From Comamonadaceae bacterium (GTDB taxonomy: Bacteria; Pseudomonadota; Gammaproteobacteria; Burkholderiales; Burkholderiaceae_C): a stretch of 24,000 bases of DNA. Position numbers and translations under genes: made by a program. Shown here one piece after another: positions 5,914 to 12,407 of the stretch. How positions within the stretch are numbered: position 1 is the stretch's first letter; each line of letters opens with the position of its first letter. The DNA is taken from positions 1-24,000 of the forward strand of contig CANBUY010000003.1 of assembly GCA_947372745.1 (NCBI GenBank). Reading direction: 5' to 3'. The notes below the pieces were generated by a model. That model saw nothing but the letters and a program-made list of their open reading frames with translations. It did no database searches and was not told the DNA's origin.

Positions 5914-7833
5914 ATGGCATTGATGAAGAAGTCTTCCAGCATGACAACACCCCTCTCGACAGAGGGTGCAAAGGCATCTTCTGCCTCAACGCGAGATGCA
6001 GAGGCACAGCGCAAAAAAGCGCGAACACTGGCCAAGCAGCAGCAAGCGGCAGAACGCATTGCTGCGGCGACAGCCCAACTCTCCTCCGGCATTGACAGCG
6101 CCTCCGCTGCTGCGGAGCAGATGAAGCGGGCTTCGGACCAAATCGCCACGGGTGCTGAGGAGGCTTCTGGCGCAGCACAGGTCTCACTGGCTGCTCTTAA
6201 AAATGTAGAGGGAGCGATTGCCCGTCAATTGCAAAATGCAGACATCAGCCAGACCAAGGCAGAAGCCACTCAAACGCTGGTCGCCCAAATCAGTGGCGAA
6301 GTCGCTACGTTGGTGGAAAACGTCAGTATTGCCGCCGAACGCCAGGGCGCGTCGGTCACCATGGTGATTGAACTGGAAAAACAAGCCGCCAACATTGGCG
6401 ATATCGTCAAAGCCGTCGCGCGCATTGCTGATCAAACCAATTTATTGGCCTTGAACGCCGCCATCGAAGCGGCGCGGGCCGGACAACATGGCAAGGGCTT
6501 TGCAGTGGTCGCCGATGAAGTCCGGACCTTGGCGGAAACATCCGAGAAAAGCGCCAAACAAATCCAAGACCTGGTTGGACAAATTCAGCAAGAAGTCAAA
6601 GTGATCGCTGAAGGCATGGGAACTTCTGTCGAGCGTGTTTTAAACGAGGTGGAGAATGGGAAAAAAATCACTCTGCAACTGGAGCAAATTCGAGTTGACG
6701 CGATTGAAATCGTACGGGGCGTGCGTGAAATTGCAGTAGGTGCCCAGCAGTCCACCAATGCGGCCAAACAGGCACTGCGCGGTTCAGAAGATATCGCTGC
6801 GGCCGCTGAAGAGCAGTCTGCGGCCGCTGAAGAATCCGCCAAAACCGTGGCACAACAAAGCCAGGCACTCGCAGAGAGCATGCAAGGCTCGCAAAGCTTG
6901 GCTGAGTTGTCAGAAGACCTGAAGAACTCCACCGATGTCGCCAAAAGCGCCGAAGAAGTGGCCTCGGCCGCTGAGCAGTTGTCGTCTGCCGTGCAGGAAA
7001 TCACACGCTCCGGCGCCCAAATCATGGCCGCTTTGGACCAAATTCTTAAAGGCGCGCAAGTGCAGTCTGCGGGCACTGAAGAAGTGGCAGCCGCCATTTC
7101 CCAGATCGAAAAGGGCACTGAAGTTGCCCAAAAACTTGGCAAGACCAGTGGCGAAAAAGTCACCGCCATCAAGAGTTTGCTAGACATCAACAAGATCAGC
7201 ATCGACAGCTTGGTCACCGGCATTTCATCGTCAGTGGATGCCTCACGCGACAGTCTAAAACAGATCAAAGAGCTTGAACTGGTGTCGCGCCGTATTGACA
7301 AAATTGTTGATGCCATCACCACCGTCTCCATTCAAACCAATATGCTGGCCGTGAATGGCTCGATTGAAGCCGCCCGTGCCGGTGAATTCGGCAAGGGTTT
7401 TGTGGTGGTCGCCACCGACATTCGCAACTTGGCCCACGATTCGGCTGAAAATGCCGACCGCATCAAAGACTTGGTGCGCTCGGTGCAAGACCAAATCGGC
7501 ATTGTCGGACGTGACCTCAATGAGATCATGGCCACTGCATCGGCAGCCGCTGAAAAGGCCAAATCGATTACTTCCAGTCTGATCGCCATTGAAACTGACA
7601 TTGGTGCGGTGGACGTGGGCACCCGCGAAATTTTGACGGCAGCCAACGAGATTGCTGGCGCTATTACCCAAGTTAAAGCGGGTGTGGACCAAATCTCTGC
7701 CGCTGCCCAGCAGGCCGATAAAGCGGCCAACGAAGCCGCCACAGTCGCCAAGCAGCAGTCACAAGCCTCGGAGCAGTTATCGGCCGCGGTTGAGGAAATC
7801 GCCTCGCTCGCTGACGAACTTCAAAGCGCATGA
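5914..7833 (+). CDS. Soluble methyl-accepting chemotaxis protein with two tandem signalling (MA) hairpin domains (DosM-like)
   Basis: I saw no hydrophobic TM segment. There are two conserved hairpin tips: ADQTNLLALNAAIEAARAGQHGKGFAVVADEVRTLAE (nt about 6427-6540) and SIQTNMLAVNGSIEAARAGEFGKGFVVVATDIRNLAH (nt about 7330-7435), about 300 aa apart. The rest is Ala/Glu/Gln-rich and coiled-coil-like. ATG 5914 is preceded by GGAG at 5904-5907. The track's TTG at 5836 has no RBS. Confidence 0.85.
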   Translation: MALMKKSSSMTTPLSTEGAKASSASTRDAEAQRKKARTLAKQQQAAERIAAATAQLSSGIDSASAAAEQMKRASDQIATGAEEASGAAQVSLAALKNVEGAIARQLQNADISQTKAEATQTLVAQISGEVATLVENVSIAAERQGASVTMVIELEKQAANIGDIVKAVARIADQTNLLALNAAIEAARAGQHGKGFAVVADEVRTLAETSEKSAKQIQDLVGQIQQEVKVIAEGMGTSVERVLNEVENGKKITLQLEQIRVDAIEIVRGVREIAVGAQQSTNAAKQALRGSEDIAAAAEEQSAAAEESAKTVAQQSQALAESMQGSQSLAELSEDLKNSTDVAKSAEEVASAAEQLSSAVQEITRSGAQIMAALDQILKGAQVQSAGTEEVAAAISQIEKGTEVAQKLGKTSGEKVTAIKSLLDINKISIDSLVTGISSSVDASRDSLKQIKELELVSRRIDKIVDAITTVSIQTNMLAVNGSIEAARAGEFGKGFVVVATDIRNLAHDSAENADRIKDLVRSVQDQIGIVGRDLNEIMATASAAAEKAKSITSSLIAIETDIGAVDVGTREILTAANEIAGAITQVKAGVDQISAAAQQADKAANEAATVAKQQSQASEQLSAAVEEIASLADELQSA

Positions 7834-7863
7834 TGCGCCAGTCCATGCACTTAGGAGAACGCT

Positions 7864-9447
7864 ATGACTACTGAAGCTCTGACAAGCTTGCAAGATTCGG
7901 CGCTTGACGCTGATACCACTGCGCGTGAGGCGGTGTCCGACATTCGCCAGTTTGTGACGTTTATCGTGGGCACTGAAGTGTTCGCGGTCGACATGGCCCC
8001 GGTGCAAGAGATCATCCGGGTCCCAGACGTCGTGAGGGTGCCCCTGGCCCCGCGTACGCTGGACGGACTGGCCAATCTGCGCGGCAAGGTGCTACCCATC
8101 GTCAGCTTGCGCCGCATATTCGGGTTTGATGAACGCGCTTATGACGATGCCACCCGCGCCGTTGTCATCGACCAAGGGCAGCCCCTGGGCTTCGTGGTGG
8201 ACCGAGTGGTGAGTGTGGTCAGCGTTGACCCGAAGCAAATCGAAGGTGCTGGCGCCATCAGCGCCACGGTCAATACGGATCTGGTCTCCGGCCTGCTCAA
8301 GGATGTAGGTGGCTACCCCATGATCATGGTGCTCGACTTCGGCAAACTTATCGCTGCCGAATTTGCGGGTGCACTGGCTTCAGCAGTTCAACACCATGCG
8401 GGATCCACATCAGATGCTGATCATTTGAAGCAAACTGAGGAACTCAAAGCCAGCGATGAATTGCACCTAGTGAGCTTTGAGGTGGCGCATCAGGAGTACG
8501 CCATCGTGATCGACGATGTGCAGGAAATTGTGCAGGTCCCTGAGTTGATCGTGCAAGTGCCGCACTCTGAGTCACATGTGCTGGGGGTCATGACCTTGCG
8601 CAACCGCTTGCTGCCACTGGTTTCTTTGCGTCGCATGTTTGGCCTGTCCAACCGTGCGGCCGATGAGAACAGCCGCATCGTGGTGGTGTCTCTGGGCGGC
8701 GCATCGGTAGGCGTGGTGATGGACAGCGTCAACGAGGTGTTGCGTGTAGCGCGCACTGATGTGGACGCCATGCCCGTGCTGCTGGCCAAAGAAGGGGACT
8801 TGTCTGAAATTTCGCAAATTTGTCGTCTCGACGGTGGAAAGCGATTGGTTTCAATTTTGTCGGTGGGCAATATGTTTCGCCACGCAGCCATCAAGGCTGC
8901 TTTAACTAGCGTGGACACCATGAACGATAAGCAAACCCAAAACACCTCAAGCGCCCAGGATGACGACAGGAGCGATGACGAGGAGCAAGTCGTTGTTTTC
9001 TTGTTGGGCAAAGAAGAGTTTGGCGTACCCATTGACAGCGTTCAAGAGATTGTGCGCGTCGCGGAGCAGCTGACTCATGTGCCCAAGGCACCGCCCGCCG
9101 TAGAAGGCGTGATTAATCTGCGGGGTGCGGTGTTGCCAGTGATGGACTTGCGTCGTCGCTTGGGTCTGACCCAGGTAGAACGAAGTGACCAGCAACGCAT
9201 CATGGTGTTTTTGGTGGATGGGGTGCGCACCGGCTTTATTGTGGACTCGGTGGTTGAAGTGCTGAAAATTCACAAGTCAACCATTGAGCCAGCGCCACGC
9301 TTGTCGGGTGAGCAAAACAAGTTACTGGCACGCATGGCGAACATTGAGAAGCAAAAACGCATGGTGCAACTGATTGAGCCGCGTCACCTGATCGAGCAGC
9401 AAGAGCGCGAAGACCTGGCCCAACTCGCGCAACACGCCAACGCTTAA
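7864..9447 (+). CDS. Scaffold protein with three tandem CheW domains
   Basis: Three copies of the CheW signature are present: FVTFIVGTEVFAVDMAPVQEIIRVP...LANLRGKVLPIVSLRRIFG, LVSFEVAHQEYAIVIDDVQEIVQVP...VMTLRNRLLPLVSLRRMFG, and VVVFLLGKEEFGVPIDSVQEIVRVA...VINLRGAVLPVMDLRRRLG. AGGAG at 7853-7857 precedes the ATG. Confidence 0.9.
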   Translation: MTTEALTSLQDSALDADTTAREAVSDIRQFVTFIVGTEVFAVDMAPVQEIIRVPDVVRVPLAPRTLDGLANLRGKVLPIVSLRRIFGFDERAYDDATRAVVIDQGQPLGFVVDRVVSVVSVDPKQIEGAGAISATVNTDLVSGLLKDVGGYPMIMVLDFGKLIAAEFAGALASAVQHHAGSTSDADHLKQTEELKASDELHLVSFEVAHQEYAIVIDDVQEIVQVPELIVQVPHSESHVLGVMTLRNRLLPLVSLRRMFGLSNRAADENSRIVVVSLGGASVGVVMDSVNEVLRVARTDVDAMPVLLAKEGDLSEISQICRLDGGKRLVSILSVGNMFRHAAIKAALTSVDTMNDKQTQNTSSAQDDDRSDDEEQVVVFLLGKEEFGVPIDSVQEIVRVAEQLTHVPKAPPAVEGVINLRGAVLPVMDLRRRLGLTQVERSDQQRIMVFLVDGVRTGFIVDSVVEVLKIHKSTIEPAPRLSGEQNKLLARMANIEKQKRMVQLIEPRHLIEQQEREDLAQLAQHANA

Positions 9448-9464
9448 AGACAAGACTGCGGACG

Positions 9465-10550
9465 ATGATCAAGCTGCTAATCGTTGATGACTCTGCGTTG
9501 ATGCGCCGACAGCTGTCGGCCATGTTCGACGCAGAGCCTGATTTTGAGATTCGTCTGGCGCGCAACGGGCGGGAGGCCGTGGAGGAAAACCGCACATTCA
9601 TGCCCGATGTTGTCACCCTGGACATCAATATGCCAGAGATGGACGGCCTGACCGCGCTGTCCCTCATCATGGGAGACCGACCAGTGCCGGTGGTGATGAT
9701 CTCATCGCTGACGGAGAAAGGGGCTTTGGCCACCTTTGAGGCCTTGAATCTGGGTGCCGTTGATTACGTGGTCAAACCAGGGGGCACCATCTCACTGGCC
9801 ATCGACACCATTCGGGCCACCGTGGTCAGCAAAGTGCGCACGGCGGCCAAAGCGCGGCTGAAAGCTTTTCGCCCAGCGGCGGTATCAAGCCCTGTGCCAC
9901 CGGTCGTCCGGCAGGTGGCGTCACCCACTACTGTGGCTGACACGAGTAGTGCGATGTCCAGTAAAGGCACGGGGCGCGAAGGTATCGTTTTGATCGGCGT
10001 CTCCACAGGCGGTCCCCGCACGCTGGAGTTGATATTGCCCAACCTACCGGCTCGATTTCCTTGGCCCATACTGGTCGCCCAACACATGCCGGCGAGCTTT
10101 ACACAGTCATTTGCACAGCGTATGAATGGCATGTGCGCTATGGAAGTGGTCGAGGCCAACCGTCCCATGACGCTTGAGGCCGGCACCATCTACATTGCCA
10201 AAGGCGGTGCCGATATGCAGGTGGTGCGGCGCGCAGGCAAGCTTAATGTGATCGCCAAGCCAGAAAGTGCAGACTTTTTGTGGCATCCGTCCGTTGAGCT
10301 ATTGGGGCAGTCGGTGCTTGAACATGTGCCCTGTTCCAACGTACTGGGCATCATGCTCACGGGCATGGGCAACGATGGGGCCGATGCCTTCACCGCCATC
10401 AAAAAAAGAGGCGGCCGCACCATAGCCGAATCTGAAGAGTCTTGTGTTGTGTTTGGCATGCCCTCCGAGCTGATCAGCCGGGGCGGCGCCACAGTGACCT
10501 TGCACGCAGAAAAAATTGCAGCCCAAGTCAAAACCTGGCTTGACTGCTGA
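9465..10550 (+). CDS. cheB: Protein-glutamate methylesterase/glutaminase CheB (REC + CheB catalytic domain)
   Basis: The N-terminal receiver is MIKLLIVDDSALMRR...DVVTLDINMPEMDGL...VVKP. The C-terminal methylesterase carries GVSTGGP, HMP and MLTGMGNDGA motifs. Confidence 0.9.
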   Translation: MIKLLIVDDSALMRRQLSAMFDAEPDFEIRLARNGREAVEENRTFMPDVVTLDINMPEMDGLTALSLIMGDRPVPVVMISSLTEKGALATFEALNLGAVDYVVKPGGTISLAIDTIRATVVSKVRTAAKARLKAFRPAAVSSPVPPVVRQVASPTTVADTSSAMSSKGTGREGIVLIGVSTGGPRTLELILPNLPARFPWPILVAQHMPASFTQSFAQRMNGMCAMEVVEANRPMTLEAGTIYIAKGGADMQVVRRAGKLNVIAKPESADFLWHPSVELLGQSVLEHVPCSNVLGIMLTGMGNDGADAFTAIKKRGGRTIAESEESCVVFGMPSELISRGGATVTLHAEKIAAQVKTWLDC

Positions 10551-10562
10551 AAAAGGAAAAAT

Positions 10563-11186
10563 ATGGCCTTCATTAAAAAAAATACCTCACCCTCTCGCGA
10601 CGTTGAAGAGCGCGTGCTTGTGCGCGACTGCGCGGGTTTGATTGAACAGTTGACCGACGCTGACCCGGCCATTCGGCGCTGGGCTGCACGCGATTTATTG
10701 AGCTATCCAGAAGCAACTGCCGCATTGGTCGCACGCATTCAAGCCGAAGGAGAACTCTCGGTGCGAGAGGTGATACTGACCACCCTGACCCGTCTCGGCG
10801 GCCCGATTGCAGTGGCCGGCTTGGTGGAGTGCTTGCGCAGCGAAGACGCCCAAGTGCGCAACGAAGCCATCATGGCCATGAAGGCGCTGCCCGACGAGGT
10901 AGCGCCCATCATGGGCGGCTTACTCCTGGATACCGATCCGGACGTGCGCATCATGGCGGTGAATATTCTTGAATCCTTGCGGCATCCCAAAGTAGAAGAA
11001 TGGCTGATAGCCGTCATTGACCGAGACCAGGTGGTCAACGTCTGCGGCACAGCCGTTGATTTGCTGGGGGAATTGGGCTCACCCGATTCGCATGAAGCCC
11101 TCGAACGCCTGAAGCTTCGGTATGCCGACGAGCCCTACATTCAGTTTGCCGCTGAACTGGCGTTGAAACGCACGGCAAAGGCATAA
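10563..11186 (+). CDS. HEAT-repeat (PBS-lyase-type) protein embedded between cheB and cheR
   Basis: Repeated helical units carry D-x-x-VR signatures: DPAIRRWAARDLL, EDAQVRNEAIMAMKAL, DPDVRIMAVNILESL and VNVCGTAVDLLGELG. An AGGA RBS lies at 10553-10556. Confidence 0.7.
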   Translation: MAFIKKNTSPSRDVEERVLVRDCAGLIEQLTDADPAIRRWAARDLLSYPEATAALVARIQAEGELSVREVILTTLTRLGGPIAVAGLVECLRSEDAQVRNEAIMAMKALPDEVAPIMGGLLLDTDPDVRIMAVNILESLRHPKVEEWLIAVIDRDQVVNVCGTAVDLLGELGSPDSHEALERLKLRYADEPYIQFAAELALKRTAKA

Positions 11187-11193
11187 AATTATT

Positions 11194-12036
11194 ATGGCAA
11201 AAATCATCATTAGCGAAGATGACTTCCTGAAGTTTCAGGAGTACTTTTACCGCAAGACGGGCATTCAGTTTGAGCACTCCAAACGCTACTTTGTTGACAA
11301 GCGCTTGGTAGAGCGTATTGAGGCCACCGGCAACGACAGCTTTCGGAGCTACTTTGCAATGCTCAGATTCCAGGCGTCAGGCACCGAGTTGCAGGCCTTG
11401 GTCAATTCGATGACCATCAATGAGACCTACTTTTTTCGGGAAGAGTACCAGTTTCATTGCTTGGTCAATTCCATCCTGCCAGAGATTGTGGCCAACAAGA
11501 AAAACGGCGATCCGATTCGCATCTGGGTCATCCCCTCTTCGTCGGGCGAAGAGCCTTACTCTATTGCCATGTGCTTGCTTGAGCGCTGGCCCGGCATCCA
11601 CAAGTGGGATGTAGAGATTATTTCCTCGGACATTGACACCAAAATTCTGGCACAAGCCCGCGCGGGTTTGTACTCAGAGCGTTCGGTCAAGCATGTTCCT
11701 CGGGCCTACATGTTGAAATACTTTCAACAAACGCCGCAGGGCTACCAACTCAACGAAGATTTGCGCAGTGCCGTTGAATTTACACACATCAACCTGATGG
11801 AGGCCTCCGAAGTGCGGCCCTACCGGAACTTTGATGTTATTTTTTGTCGCAACTTGCTCATCTACTTTGATGATGTTTCCCGCAAGCAGGCGGCCGAAAC
11901 TTTTTATGACGCCTTGCGTCCCGGTGGCTTCATTTGCCTTGGGCACTCAGAGTCCATGAGCCGTATTTCTGCACTCTACAAGATTCGAAAGTTTCCAGAG
12001 GCGATCGTTTATCAAAAACCTGGGGATGCCAAATGA
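11194..12036 (+). CDS. cheR: Chemotaxis protein methyltransferase CheR
   Basis: The N-terminal helical domain (FQEYFYRKTGIQF) and INETYFFRE are present. The SAM-binding motif is IRIWVIPSSSGEEPYSIAM, with FCRNLLIYFD also present. Confidence 0.9.
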   Translation: MAKIIISEDDFLKFQEYFYRKTGIQFEHSKRYFVDKRLVERIEATGNDSFRSYFAMLRFQASGTELQALVNSMTINETYFFREEYQFHCLVNSILPEIVANKKNGDPIRIWVIPSSSGEEPYSIAMCLLERWPGIHKWDVEIISSDIDTKILAQARAGLYSERSVKHVPRAYMLKYFQQTPQGYQLNEDLRSAVEFTHINLMEASEVRPYRNFDVIFCRNLLIYFDDVSRKQAAETFYDALRPGGFICLGHSESMSRISALYKIRKFPEAIVYQKPGDAK

Positions 12037-12407
12037 AACATATTTTGATTGTGGACGATGCTGCCACCGTGCGCATGTACCACCGCACCATTCTTGAAGC
12101 TGCAGGCTATACAGTCGACGAAGCCATTAACGGCATTGAGGCGCTTGAAAAAGCCCTCAATAAGCACTACGACTTGTACTTGGTGGATGTGAACATGCCT
12201 TTGCTGGATGGTTACTCGTTTGTGCGCGAGTTGCGCGGCCATGCCGACATACCTCAGGCACCCGCCGTGATGATCTCCACGGAGGCCAAGGCCAGCGATC
12301 AAACCAAGGCCTACCAAGCGGGCGCCAATCTCTACATCATCAAGCCTACCCGACCTGATGTCCTACTTAATAATGTTCGACTCCTGCTCGGGGAGAGCGG
12401 CATATGA
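12033..12407 (+). CDS. cheY: CheY-like single-domain response regulator
   Basis: MKHILIVDDAATVRM...DLYLVDVNMPLLDGY...ISTE...YIIKP carries the DD, D, T and K receiver residues. ATG 12033 overlaps the cheR stop (ATGA). The track's longer ORF from 11934 would overlap cheR by about 100 nt and adds non-receiver sequence. Confidence 0.85.
   Translation: MKHILIVDDAATVRMYHRTILEAAGYTVDEAINGIEALEKALNKHYDLYLVDVNMPLLDGYSFVRELRGHADIPQAPAVMISTEAKASDQTKAYQAGANLYIIKPTRPDVLLNNVRLLLGESGI

Noticed and set aside
5672-5923. An 83-aa + ORF and a 69-aa minus ORF (5704-5913) in the intergenic region upstream of the che operon.
   Set aside because: Neither has an RBS, their composition is odd (Cys/Pro/Ser-rich), and they overlap each other and the palindromes. 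I treat the region as non-coding regulatory DNA, although a small protein cannot be fully excluded.
6585-7331. A 248-aa ORF on the minus strand inside the double-hairpin MCP gene, together with several other 60-145-aa ORFs on both strands between 5817 and 7751.
   Set aside because: The translations are Ser/Ala/Cys/Thr-rich and low in complexity, with no motifs. They are the expected mirror-frame artefacts of an Ala/Glu/Gln-rich GC-biased coiled-coil gene, and the + strand frame carries unmistakable MCP signatures.
11934-12032. N-terminal extensions suggested by the ORF track: cheY from 11934, the MCP from TTG 5836, csgE from TTG 1351 and the curlin from GTG 3373.
   Set aside because: The extensions overlap upstream genes or lack an RBS, and they add residues foreign to the domain. 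Internal ATGs with SD sequences or ATGA coupling (12033, 5914, 1381, 3385) give canonical N-termini. The mgtA start (18643 versus 18700) remains genuinely ambiguous.
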